DNA from: the human T2T-CHM13v2.0 reference genome, Homo sapiens
Strand: one strand, 5' to 3'
DNA length: 64,000 nt
Assembly (NCBI RefSeq): GCF_009914755.1
Contig: NC_060926.1
Shown: one piece after another, positions 43,069-55,991 of the stretch
How the letters are laid out: every line of letters begins with the position of its first letter
Numbering within the stretch: the stretch's first letter is position 1
Made by a program: the position numbers and the translations under genes
Notes under the pieces: model-generated
What the model saw: the letters and a program-made list of their open reading frames with translations, nothing else
The model's database searches: none
Told to the model about the DNA's origin: nothing

Positions 43069-44960
43069 TTAATGTCGTTGGTAGTTCGATAAAAATAGTA
43101 TTAAATCTGTACATTGTTTGGGTAGTATGGTCATTTTAACAATATTGATTCTTTCTATCCAGAAGGATGGAATACTTTTCCATTTGTTTGTGTCATCTCT
43201 GATTTCATTTAGCAGTGCATTGTAATTCTTGTAGAGATCTTTCACCTTCATGGTTAGCTCTATTCCCAATTATTTTATTCTTTTCATGGCTATTGAAATG
43301 CTACTCATTCTTGTGCATTGCTTTTGTATCCTGAAACTTTACTAAAGATTTTTTATCAGATCTAGGAGCCTTTGGGCACAGATGATGGAATTTTCTAGGT
43401 ACAGATTCAAACTGTCTGCAAAGAGAAATAGTTTGACTTTCTATCTTCCTATTTGGATGCCTTTTATTTCCTTCTCTTGCCTGATTGCTCTGACTAGGAC
43501 TCACAGTACTATGTTGAATACGAGTGGTGAGAGTGGGCATCCTTGTCTTTTTCCAGTTCCCAAGGGAAATGCTTCCAGCTTTTACTCATTCAGTATTATG
43601 TTGGCTATAGTTTTGTCATAGATGGTTTTTATAATTTTGAGGTATATCCCTTGGGTACCAAGGTTGTTGAGAGTTTTTAAAATGAGGGGATGTTGAATTT
43701 TATCAAAACCTTTTTCTGTGTATGTTGAGATGATCGTATGGTTTTGTTTATGTAACAAATTACATTCATTAATTTGTGTATGTTGAAAAATCCTTGCATC
43801 ACAGGAATAAAGTCTACTTGATTGTGGTAGATTAGCTTTTTGATGTGTTGCTGGATTTGGTTTGCTAGTATTTTGTTGAAGATTTTTACATCTATGTTCA
43901 TCAGGAATACTAGTCTGAAGTTTACTTTTCTTGTTGTGTGTCTGCCTGGATTTTGTGTCAGATTGACGCTGGCCTTAGATTTAGTTTAGGGAGGAGTCTC
44001 TCCTAGATTTTTTGGAAAAGTTTCAGTAGGATTGGTACCATCTCTCCTTTATATGTGTGGCAGAATTCAGCTGTGACTTTTTCTGGTTCAGGGGTTTTTC
44101 TGGTTGACAGTTTTTTGTTATGAGTTCAATTTCAAAACAAGTTATTGGTCTATTCAGGGATTCAGTTACTTCCTGGTTCAATTTTGGGAAGTTGTGTGTT
44201 TCCAGCAAATTATCCATTTGTTATTCTGTGTTTTTCTCATTGGTGTGCGTAAAGGTGTTCATACTAGTCCTGGAATGTTTTCGTATTTCTGTGGGTTCAG
44301 TGGTAATGCCTACTTTGTCATTTTAGATTGTGTTTATTTGGTTCTTCTCTCTTTTCATTTGTTAGTCTAGTTAATGATCTATCAATCTTATTTATGCTTT
44401 CAAAAAACAAATTTATGGTTTTGTTGATCTTTTATTTTTTTTCATCTCAATTTCATTCAGTTCAGCTCTAATTTTGGTCATTTTTTCTCTTCTGCTATCT
44501 TTGGGGTGGGTTTGCTCTTGTCTTTCTAGTTCCTCTAGGTGTGATGTTAGCTTGTTAATTTGAAATTAACAAATCTAACTTTGTGATGTGCACTTTGAGT
44601 GCTATAAATTTCCTCTTCACATGGCTTTAGCTGTGTCCCAGAGATTCTGTTATGTTGTATCTACGTTTATATTAATTTCAAAGAATTTCTTGATTTCTGC
44701 TTCAATTTCACTGTTTTCCCAAAAGTCATTTCAGAAGAGCTTGTTTCATTTTTATGTAATTGTGTGATTTTGAGAGATCATCTTGATATTGCTTTTTATT
44801 TTTCATTATACTGTGGTCAAGAGTCTGGATGGTATAACTTTGAGTTTCTTTTGTAATTTCTTGAAAAATTTTTATAGCTGAGCATGTGGTCAATTTTAGA
44901 GTATGTGGCATGTGCAGATAAGAGGAATGTATTTTCTGTGGTTGATGGGTGAAGCGTTCT

Positions 44961-45000
<40 letters not shown>

Positions 45001-45037
45001 CTAGATAGATATAGATAGATAGATAGATATAGATATA
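44961..45037. repeat. (GATA)n microsatellite
   Basis: Direct reading. Confidence 0.95.
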
Positions 45038-46471
45038 TCTGTTAGGTCTATTTCATCAAGTGTTTAGTTTAGGTCCCCAAATATCTTTGTCAGTTTTGTG
45101 CCTTGATGATATTTCTAATACTGTCAGTGAGATGTTGAAGTCTCCCACTATTATTGTGTGGTTATCTAAGTTTTTTTTGTAGTTGTCTATGAATTTGTTT
45201 GATAAATCTGGATGCACCAGTGTTGGGTGCTTATATATTTAGGACAGTTAAGTCTTCTTGTTGAATTGAAATGTTTATCATTATGTAATTATCATTATGT
45301 AATTGAAATGTTTATCTTTTTTGTTCTTTTTGATTATTGTTTATTTAAAATCTGTTCAGTCTGAAATAAGAATAGCAACCCTTGCTCCTTTTTGGTTTTA
45401 ATTTGCTTGATAGATCTTTCTCCATCTCTTTACTTTGAGCCTACAGGTGACATTGTGTGTGAGGTGGGTCACTTGAAGATAGCATATACTTGGTCTTGCT
45501 TCTTTATGCAACTTGCCACTCTGAGCATTTCAAGTGAGCATATAGCTCATTAATGTTCAAGCATATAGCATATAGCTCATTAATATTAATGTGTATGGAT
45601 TTGACCTCATCATTGTGTTGTTAGCTGGTTGTTATGTAGGCTTAATTGTGGAGTTTCTTAACGGTGTCAATGTTCTATGAACTTAAATGTGTTTTTATGG
45701 TGGCTAGTAGTGACTTTTCATTTCCATGTTTAGCACTCCCTTAGGAACTTCTTGCAAGGCAGGTTTGGTGGTAACAAATTCCTTTATCATTTGCTTGTCT
45801 GACAAAGATTTTATTTCTCCTTCACTTATGAAGCTTAGTTTGGCTGGATATAAAATTCTTGGTTGGAATTTCTTTTCTTAAGGATACTGAATGTAGGTCC
45901 CCAGTCTCTTCTGGATTGTAGGGTTTCTGCTGAAAGTTCTGCTGTTAGCTTGATGAAGTTATCTGTGTAGATGACCTGCCCCTTTTCTCTAGTGGTCTTT
46001 AATTTTTTTCTTTTTAATGACTTTAGAGAATCTGATGTTTCTGTGTCTTGAGGACGGTCCTCTTGTATAGTATCTTGCACAGGTTCTCTGAATTTCCTAA
46101 ATTCAAATGTCAATCTCTCTACAAGGTTGGGGAAATTTTCATGGACAATATCCTCAAATATGTTTTTCAAGTTGCTTACTCTCTTTCCTTCTCCATCAGG
46201 GATGCCAACGAATCATAGGTTTACCCTCATTACATAGTATCATATTTCTCAGAGGTTTGTTTATTCTTTTTAATTTTTTTCATTATTTTTGCCTGACTGA
46301 ATTAATTTGAAAAACTGGCCTTTGAGCTATAAGATTCTTTTCTCAGCTTGGTCTATTATGCTATTAATACTTCTGATTGTGTTTTGAAATTCTTGTAGTG
46401 GATTTTTCAGCTCTATCATATCAGTTTGATTCTTAATATGGCCATTTTATCTTGAATCATGTTAGTGGATT

Positions 46472-46575
46472 AAAAATATGGAATGCTTCACAAATTTGTG
46501 TGTTATCCATGCACAGGAGCCATGCTAATCTCTGTATTACACCAATTTCAGTACATGCATTGCTAAAGTGAGGAT
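46472..46575 (-). pseudogene. RNU6: Full-length U6 snRNA retropseudogene fused to the 5' end of an L1
   Basis: aaaaatatggaatgcttcacaaatttgtgtgttatccatgcacaggagccatgctaatctctgtattacaccaatttcagtacatgcattgctaaagtgaggat aligns end to end with the reverse complement of U6 snRNA (AAAATATGGAACGCTTCACGAATTTGCGTGTCATCCTTGCGCAGGGGCCATGCTAATCTTCTCTGTATCG...); many differences are CpG decay. Confidence 0.93.
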
Positions 46576-47334
46576 AATGTTAGAGTTTTGAAATGGCAAC
46601 AAATTATTTAAAATATCACTTTCTGCAACATTAATGGAAATATTTTTTTAAACAATTTGAGCTATAGAAGGCAATCAGTTTAATTTTGACTACTCAAGGG
46701 GAGGAAAGAATAATGAGGATGTTCAGTTCATAATGCTTCATTTTATAATGTGAAGAAGTTTGGGACCTTAAATCTATCAAGTGATGTTAATTAACCCCTT
46801 AAATCAGCAACCTCTGGAGCTAGTCTACTTCATATAAATTTTTCAGAACACTGGGAAATAAATTTGAAAAATTCTCAGTTGGTATGTAAAACCCTTTGAG
46901 TTTCTTGTTTGGGACTATTGCTTTGGGATCACCTGATTTTTCAAGCAATTTCTTGTGTTAATGTTTCATAGAAAAAGAAAGACTTATCTACCCTCAAAAT
47001 CCTTTCATCAGTAACAGCTCTCAATTTTCTATTATAAATAAGATACTTGGTATATGAGTATTAAAGGTTATGATTGCAAAATCACAGCATGAGTTAGGAT
47101 AAGCTTTTAGAGTCTGTTTAAAAAGTAAAGTATTCATTATTGTTATAATGATCAAATAATGAGTGCCCATTCATAAAAAGTATGCTAAGAATTGAGAACA
47201 GGCTATAAGCCCTTTGGGGCTTATAAAGGTGGATTTTTCAGTATCTTGTTACTTATGTATGTTTTCTCATAATTTTCTAATTTAGACATGTGAGCTTGGT
47301 AGCAAGATAAATTGAAACTAGCAGGAGGCTCATC

Positions 47335-47475
47335 TTGTAGTATTTGTTCTGCTACTAACTCCCTGTGGGATTTATGTGTATGACTTCTTTCAGCTACAAA
47401 TTTCTCATTGTAAAGAATGGGCTGTTGGAGCAGGTTATATCTACTGTTTTTCTATCTGTAGCACTCCATGATTCT
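47335..47475 (+). mobile_element. MIR (MIR3/MIRc-like) fragment
   Basis: ttctgctactaactccctgtg...aatttctcattgtaaa...ttggagcaggttatatct...ctccatgattct. Confidence 0.55.
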
Positions 47476-47639
47476 GTAGCTGTATACTGGTTTGCTAAGC
47501 AATTTTGCGAATCATATAATATTCAGTAAGTGGAATATGGTAGCATACTAATAGTTTTTTAATATTATAAATATTGCACTATTATTGTTAGCTTGAACTA
47601 ACAGAACTTCTAGATGATATGAACTTCTAGATCATAACA

Positions 47640-47768
47640 TTCATTTCAGGACCATTTTTAAAATCAGAAACCTTAATAAAATACAATTTTCAGGACAGTG
47701 ATCTGGAAATCTCATTTTTAATAAACACTAGCTGATTTTAATCATCATGCAAGTTTGAAAAACACTAA
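47640..47768. mobile_element. MER5-like fragment
   Basis: tctggaaatctcatttttaataaacactagctgattttaat...gcaagtttgaaaaacacta. Confidence 0.45.
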
Positions 47769-48039
47769 ATTGGGCACCATAGGAACTGTGCACCAAGAGG
47801 AATTTGGTCATGTATGTGGAAATTTTGGGCTGCAAGTGACAGAAAATCCATCTCAAAAGCCCAAGAGTAAACTATCCTTCAATCTCTAGAAAATTCAGGG
47901 CTCAAGTTATGTCATCAGGGTCTAATTTCTCTTTCTTCCACTCTATGTGTGTTGTTTTATTTAAAGTCAGGCATACACTTACCATAGGAATTAACAGTCC
48001 TGCTCTAAGTATTTCATCAGAGAAAAAAAATTATCTCAA

Positions 48040-48530
48040 AAACTTACAAATATACATATCAACATTACTCATTAATAACTGAAATTTGAAAACATCCCAA
48101 TATGTTTTAATGGGTGAGTGAATAAACATTCTCGCACACCTAAACAATATAATACCTGTCAGAATTAAAATCAAATGAACAACGGATGAGTGTCAAATAT
48201 ATGGCTGCATCTAGAAAGGTGTTTGCTAAGTGAAAGAAGCTGGAAAAAAAAGTTACATCTTATAGGAGTCCATATACATGACTTCTGGAAAAATGCAAAT
48301 GTATAGCGACTAAGAATAGATCATTATTTCCCAAGGATTAGGGAAAGCAGGGGATCTGACTACAAAGGGACAGGATAAGAAAATTTAGTTGTGGTGAGGG
48401 GATTATTCTGTGTCCTGATTGTAATGTTAGTTACATGACACTATGTATTTTTCAATATTTATGGAACTGTACATATTGAACTGTGTACTAGAAACGTTTA
48501 AGTTGCTGTGTATAAATGAAAAATAAAATC
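48040..48530 (+). mobile_element. Old L1M (L1MD/ME) 3' end
   Basis: tgctaagtgaaagaagc...ttctggaaaaatgcaaa...gtcctgattgtaatgttagttacatgac...ggaactgtaca. Confidence 0.65.
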
Positions 48531-50070
48531 AACTTATTTATTGACACATTTTCTCTTTGCTGTTACATCATAAACTCAGTAGACATATAGCACAGAAAAA
48601 AATATTAATATGATGGAGATTGTTCGTTTCTTTGGGTAATATTACAAGACTTCAATTATGGCCAAATTCTTATTCAAGAAATGAATCATCCATTCCATTC
48701 CACATTCAGAAAGGTTCATTTTATTGCCCTTTTACCACGCATCTATCAGTAAACCCATAATTTCAATGTTTAGTACTACTCAGTGACAGTGTAGCAATTA
48801 AAAAAGTTAAATTTTGTTCTATAGAAATTTATTACACTTTTTAAATCTTATTAATAAGCAAAAATATTTCAGCTAGTTGCTCTTAAAATTTGGTATGTTA
48901 CTTTGTTTTTTACTCATACTAGAAACAGGTTAATTTTTTTTCACAATTAGTCCCATTAGCAAGGATTCTGAGTCAGCAAGGAAAGGGCATACATTTTTTA
49001 TAAATTTCCATAATGATTTCCATAAATGATGTACCTGCACATCACAGTTTGGAAATGTTGTTTTAGTTAAAGCCTTACACTTAATTTTGCAGCCTATGTT
49101 GCCTAATATCAATTCATTACAATATAATTTATATACAATATTTTTGTGATGAGATTAAGGCAATGCACTAAGCTTTAATTATCAAGCAGACAACTTCCAT
49201 GAGGAAAGATGAGAATTTATTAAAACCACTCCACCATACTCCTGTTTCAATTACCTTTTCCCAAGATCTCATTTATCTTTACTCAAGAACATGATGCTAC
49301 AATGAGCAGAGAACTTGCCTCTGAAATATAATCACTCATAGTTTATACACTTGCTTTTAGAAAAATCTCCAATGTAAGTTTGAATCATAATTTTTTACAT
49401 GTTTGTGAGCGAATAATTCAATTCTTTCTTTTACTGTATTTTTTAAAAAACTTTTATTTATCAGCTGACCTAAGTAGCCATAATATAAATGCTAAGGGAA
49501 ACACAGATTTCATCACGGGAAACTTAGCAATGAAGCAGCAGAAATCAGTGGTATACTTACACAGTCTCAAAAGAGAAATGCCTGAGAACATTGAACTATG
49601 CGCTTTAAAATTACATTTTATATTATAAATAAAATATTATATATAATAAACACAGATTATTTAAGAGAAATTGTGTAAGAAATAGATTAAGAAACAAGGA
49701 AAAATGAAGTTGCTTTTCAAAAGTAATCGGAGACTTCAAAAGTAACTTCAACACTATCATCCATATCAACAAGTAGAAAGCATGTTGCGTCTAGTGGACT
49801 GAGCACCAACTCAAATTTTAAAGAAACATTGAAATAGTTAAACAGGTGGTAAGATTCTGATTACTTTCTAACTATATGCACTGTTTTCATGTATGCTACT
49901 TTACTCGAATGTGTTTCTATTTAGCCAACATGGACAGGATGCAATTTCTCAAACTTGAGAAACATCAGCCAGGCAGCAGGTTCAACATTCCTCTATACAA
50001 TTAGAATTAATTTACTTGAAGGGTAAAACATGTGTCAGAAAATCTTCAGTTTGGAGTATTTTGGTTCATC

Positions 50071-50095
50071 CTCTCTCTCTCTCTCTCTCTCTCCT

Positions 50096-50158
<63 letters not shown>
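50071..50158. repeat. Compound (CT)n(CA)n microsatellite
   Basis: Direct reading. Confidence 0.95.
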
Positions 50159-50160
<2 letters not shown>

Positions 50161-51009
50161 TATAAAAGCATACACATAATTTTAACTGCTAAATGTTAGG
50201 TAAATATTTGTGGTACTATATTTAACCATAATAAGACTATATTTTCTTCTTAGAATAAAAATTATTTCACTTAAAACCTCCAAGTCTAGGAAATCCAGAT
50301 TACAAGACACACTCATTTTCATGATCATTTTTTAATGTACTCCAAAATTGGCCTAGAACTTTCCTAGATTTGCATTAATCTTTCAAGAACATATGCTCTG
50401 AAATAATTTTTCCTTTTGTTTTTCAATTTCATTTATACTTTAGAAAAGTAAAAAGTGGATATATGTTTTGCCAAAGGGAGAATTTTCCACCTCTATCATC
50501 TTACTCTTTCCTCAGCCCTTCACATTCTTCAATTAGATATTTATTGCTGTCTGCCAGACATACCCAACAATGTTTTTCATGTGCCTCTACATTTGGAATT
50601 GACAGAGGACTTCTAATGGATTATACTACTTAGTTAAATTAGTTAAATTCTAGATTATTTTCATTTCTTTCAATATTCCTTTTATCACTAATGTCAGTCA
50701 TTGATTATGTATCACTTTTTTGAAAAAGAAAGATAAATATTTAAGTTCATCACAGGAGTTATCTATCATTAGAATATTATAAACAACATTTTAGTATGAA
50801 AAGTATGACATAATTAATATCATGTTGAAATACTTAATATTTTAATAGCCATTGGGTATTTGGGGAATGTCTTTTTGAAAAATATTGTGAGAATCTACAA
50901 CTAAATTAATTAATTGATATTAAGAAAAGTAAAATGTTTAAAGGTAATTAATGCTCTGCTAAAGACTATAACTGCTGATATTTATCTTCAAGGTGTTGAT
51001 ATTTCTAAT

Positions 51010-51635
51010 ATCCAAATAGTAAATATATATTTATTATTAGTAATTATTACTATTATTATTACTACTTATTACTATTACTATTAGTAATTATTATTATATC
51101 TAATAATAAATACATATTTACTATTTAGTATAAATATACATTTACCATACTAATAGTATTTACTATTTATATAAATAGTAAATACATATATATAAATATA
51201 TATTTACTAATAGTATTTACTATTAGTTGAGAATGTCGACAGGGCAAGATTGGATAAGAGATCTAGTTAAGTGGCTATGGCAGCTATCTAGGCAAACTTT
51301 TAGTGGTGGTTTGGGGCAAGAGGTACCAGTACACATGATGACAAATGACTAAAATTGAGATATCTTGAAGGCAAACCAATAAAATTTTTTGAAAGAATGT
51401 ATGCGGCATGTGAGAACAACAAAGACAACAAAATAGAAATAGGGTGACTTAAAGGATTATATATATTATTAGTAAATACATATTTACATATTTACTAGTT
51501 ATAGTAAATATGTAAATATGTATTTATCATTATATATAAGATAGTAGATATATATTTACTAATGTATATTAATAGTAAATATATATGGTAAAGGTATTTT
51601 TAAATATATATTTATTAATTTTTACTGTTTACTAA
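51010..51635. repeat. AT-rich low-complexity patchwork with an embedded inverted copy of nearby L2 sequence (51226-51449)
   Basis: Recurrent tagtaaat/atttacta units in both orientations; the central block is the reverse complement of 52616-52842. Confidence 0.9.
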
Positions 51636-52139
51636 TTTCTCCAGAATTTCTTTTTCTGCTTCTATAATTTATGGTAAACAATCCTGATAAATTCTTAACC
51701 TCCAGAGAGTATAAATATTCTTAACAGCATGTAACAAAATAACGGGAGATATCTCTGTTAGACAACAGAAACAATTTTATTTGAGTGAGGCTAAAAACAT
51801 AGATCTTTTAAAATTAGTGTTACTAAGTTAATATTACTTTGGCAAATATTAAGTGGGGGATTTTGATCTTTTTATTGTATCAAGGAACATGAGCTTCAAA
51901 ATTATTAACATGGTTTACACATCACATGGCTGGACACAGTCATTTTATTAGCATCGTTTCATGTTCTTAATATGCATACTCTGGTTAGAGCTATATGATG
52001 CCAGACATCTGAATGTGTAATGGACAAACTGTACTCAACGCTTTTATGTCACTGACAAAACAAATCATTCAAACACATCTGGCCACCTAGCAAAATAATA
52101 GTCCACAAATTCTTTCTTTCTGAATATTATTATAAGTGA

Positions 52140-53475
52140 TCTGTCCATAATCCTATCTCAAGTCAACACTTCTATATGTGTACCAGATTTCAATCCCTCT
52201 CGCCTACTTCAGGACATCACTCTAGCAATTCTGCCTCGTCTGTCCTTCATCATTAATTGTATGTATCAATAAGACTGTTTCCATTTAATTACAAAAATTT
52301 TGTTATTTTTTCTAGCCAAAAAAAGTGAATACTCTATTGATCCAGTTTCTCAGCAATCTCTTTGTTCCCCTTTGCCCCCTTGGAGCAAAACTCCTGGGAA
52401 ATTGTCTATGGTTACTGTCTCCAATTTATTTCCTGCCATTCACTCATAACTGACTCCATTCAGAATTTGTCCTTTCTACTCCACCAAGTGGTAGAAAGAT
52501 GTCTCCAGTAAATATGCTTAAACTCAACTCTTCCGCTTTCCCCACAAACCTGGTTTTCAATTAGCCTTCTGAATTCTGTGACTGGCAATTGTACTTGCTC
52601 AAGCCAAATGGCCGGAGTCACTCTATTTCTATTTTGTTGCCTTTGTTGTTCTCGCATGCCACATTCATTCTTTCAAAAAATTTTATTGGTTTGCCTTCAA
52701 AATTTCTCAATTTTAGTCACTTGCCATCATGTATACTGCTACCTCTTGCCCTAAACACCACTAAAAGTTTGGTTAGATAACTGCCATAGCCACTTAACTA
52801 GATCTCTTATTCAATCTTGCCCCCTCTACAGTCATTGCCAACATGTGTGAAAGTGATATTTCAAAACATGAATCAAATCATTTTGCTTATTTCTGAAAAC
52901 CCTATGAAACTTTCTGTTTCATGCATAGGCAAGTCAAAGTCCTTGTGAATGCTAACAAGGTCCTATATTTTTGTTTTTCCCCTTTCTATTACTTCTCTGA
53001 CCTCATCTGCTATTGCTCTCCTGCTGTCCCAAGCCATGCTTCTCTCACTGCAGTTTGACCACACCAGTCCCTTTGTTCTTTCTCATCACAGAAGGCCTGC
53101 CACTGCTCTATCTCAGGACAATCAAACCAGATATTCTCTATACCTGAGATGGTTTTTATTTTCCAGATGTCTGTATAAAATTGGCCACATTACCTTTTCA
53201 GCATGCTTTACCTTGACCACCACATATAAATCGCCAGTTCTGTCTAACCCAATCATGTTTCACTTTACTCTGTTCTTTTTTGCAGTAGCACTCATCTCCT
53301 TTTAAAACAATATAAAATATTTATTACATTTACTGCTTATCATCTGTCTCCTTTTGCTAGACTGTAAGCTCTACAAAGGCAGAAGTGTATATCTTGTTCA
53401 CAGATGTGTCACTGATGATCACTTCGCAGGAGGGAAGATGCCTGGACAGTACCTGACATCAGTAAATACTAAATT
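52140..53475 (+). mobile_element. L2 (L2a-like) LINE, 3' ~1.3 kb
   Basis: Pyrimidine-rich L2 motifs (ctacttcaggacatcactctagcaatt, ttgctcaagccaaa...ggagtca) and canonical end ctagactgtaagctc...ggcaga...cttgttcac...cagtaaata. Confidence 0.8.
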
Positions 53476-53487
53476 ACTATTAGTTAA

Positions 53488-54146
53488 TGTGGTAGTCAGA
53501 AAATCACCCTACCAAAGATATTCAGTCCTAATGCTTAGGGAACTGGGAATATGTTACCTTACCTGGCAAAGGAGAATTCGCTGATGTAAATAAATTAAGG
53601 ATGTTGAGATGAAGAGATTATTTTGGATTATGTAGATGACGAATATAATCAAAAAGATCTTTATTAATTTTTTCTTTCCAATGTTTATTTTAGGTTTAAG
53701 GGGTACATTTGCAGATTTGTTACACGGGTAAATTGCATGCTGTGAGGATTTGGTGTGCAGATAATTTTGTCACCGAGGTAATAAGCCTAATACCCGACAG
53801 ATAGGTAGTTTTTAATCCTCACCTTCCTCCTACCCTCCACCCTCAAATAGGCCCCAGTGTTATTGTTCAAAAGGCTCCTTCTAAAAGAAAAAGAGAAATG
53901 CAGGAGTATCATAGAGAGAAAAAATTTATGGTTTTACACAGCTGGCTTTGAACATGCTGTTAAGGTGGAAAAAACAAGAAAATGAATTCTTCCCTAGAAC
54001 TCACAGAAAGGAATGCAGCCCTACCAACATTAGGATTTTAGCCCCATAAGAACTAGCTCAGATATCCAGAAAGATACTAAAGTTGTATTGTTTTAAACCA
54101 GTAAGTTTTGGGTAATTTGCTACAGTAACAATAGAAAACAGATACT
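53488..54146 (+). mobile_element. MLT1D-like MaLR LTR interrupted by an L1 fragment
   Basis: gaatatgttaccttacctggcaaaggaga...ttaaggatgttgagatg...aaggaatgcagccctacc...gtaatttgctacagtaacaatagaaaacagatac. Confidence 0.8.
53665..53867 (-). mobile_element. L1PA15/16-like 3' end nested in MLT1D
   Basis: tttattttaggtttaaggggtacatttgcagatttgttacacgggtaaattgcatg...ccctcaaataggccccagtgt; degenerate TSD caaaaagatcttt / caaaaggctcctt. Confidence 0.85.
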
Positions 54147-54869
54147 ATTAAACTAATATATTACCTTATAATTCTCCCCATATATGTAATTTTTCAGAGA
54201 TGTAACATCGGTGTTTGATAAAAAAGTATGCATTCCTGTGTGTTATTTGATATAGTTCATATATATAAAGACAATAAATAAATTGGTTAAGGCCCCTAGA
54301 ATTATAATAATTATAAATTTGCAAACCATTATGCCATTTGGGATATAATAGTATATTGAGCTTCTTGAAGTATTAAATTTGAAACTTGAAATGTAAGTAG
54401 AAATATTTCCTTAAAGAAATAAAAACTGATAATAAATGTTTACCTGGAAATAATATATTACTACCCAATTTTTTTTGTTAAATATGTGCTAGCAAATATC
54501 TTTATTTTAGTTCTCAGAGGCTGTGATGCATTCATATTTATAATCAGCTTTGTAAGCATTATTTCATTATGAAATCCTGTTTTTATTAATCATATCATGG
54601 AACTAGTCTTTCCTAGGATATTGTTTTGGAAAAATTTGTTTAGGCTCAACTTACTGAACATGAATATTTCGCTTAGATACATAGTAATTTAGCCAAGGTT
54701 GCTAGTGAATGTAGTGAGCAAGAAGCCACATCTTCGGACATGCAATTTTATTTCACTAAACAAGCCTACTTTACTATGATTAATAAGCCCCCTAGAGTAT
54801 GGTCCAATGTGTTTAACTTCATTAAAGTATTCTGACATAAACACCATCATGCCCAGAAACACCAGTTAA

Positions 54870-55650
54870 TTGCTTCTTTGTTGTAATTTTGCATTTATTT
54901 TTGAAATATATTTTTGCTGAATATAGATTCTGGATTAAAAGTTGTTTTCTTTTCACCATTTTCAAGATGTCATTCCATGTTATATTGGCTTCTGTTGTTT
55001 CTGATGAGAATCTCATGGGCATTCTTATCATTGTTTTCTGTGCATATTTTTTCCTCTGGCTGTTTCGAAGGTTTTCTCTTTATCATTGTTTTCATAAATT
55101 TGATTTTGTTATGTTGATATTGATTTCTTTGTGCTGATAGATCACATGGAGTCTGAGCTTAAACTTCTGTTCAAATTTTGGAAATTTGGAGTCATTATTT
55201 CTTGTACTTCTGTTGCTTCTCCTCTTTCTGAGATTACAATTACATACATATCAGACTCCTTGATATCAATAGCTAGGTCATTACAACTCTGTTTTTGTCG
55301 TTATTGTTGTTGTTTGTTTTTCTCTTGTTTTCACTGTACGTCAATTTTGATAAATTCTATTTTCCTGTCTTCAAGTTTACTGACCTATTCTTCTGTATGG
55401 AATCTTTAAATATATTCAGTGAAATTTCATTTCACGTATGTATTCTCAAATCCTGAAATTCTATTCATTTTTTAATAGTTTCTTTCACTTATCTTTATAT
55501 TCATGTTCTCATTAATTATTTGACATATCTATAATAGCTATTGCCACACCCTTGCCTTGTAATTTAATAATCTCTATCATTACAGGGTATTTGTTTATTT
55601 GATTATGAGTTCTGAGTCACACTTTCCTGATTTTTTCACATGGGTGGTAA
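54870..55650 (-). mobile_element. Old L1M ORF1-region fragment
   Basis: ORF 54822-55031 (RFSSETTEA...WNDILKMVK...NLYSAKIYFKN) is L1 ORF1-like. Confidence 0.7.
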
Positions 55651-55991
55651 TGATGAAAATCATTGAAATGTACACTTTAAATGGGCTTGTTTTATTGTAT
55701 TCAGTTTATGCTTTTTAAAAGTTGATTAAAAATCACTGCAATAAATTGCCTGGTTTAATTCACTTGTGCTCACACAAACAACTATACATTTTGTGTTTCA
55801 GACTTTAGGAATTATTGACAAAAGGAGTAAGAATGTGGAGAGAATTACATAGCTGCAAAGAATGTTTGTCATAGCTGCAATGGGAGTAAGAAGACATTGA
55901 AGGACATTGAATAGAAAGTAGAAACACTTTACATCAAAAGGAAAGAAATTCATACTATACTTTTAACAATTTTATCAACCCGCTTATTGAT

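Larger units (their letters stand above)
41300..46471 (-). mobile_element. Long 5'-truncated L1PA15/16-like LINE-1 (3' UTR, ORF2, part of ORF1)
   Basis: 3' UTR caacttttattttagg...ctcaagtaggccctggtg; ORF2 remnants ([22 protein letters not shown]; LPKLNQE-like); ORF1 remnant MKNIFEDIVHENFPNL...LTAELSAETLQSRRDWGP. Confidence 0.93.

Noticed and set aside
46472-46575. Functional U6 snRNA gene
   Set aside because: Many substitutions and a small deletion beside the ACAGAGA box, fused to L1, and no recognisable PSE/TATA promoter upstream
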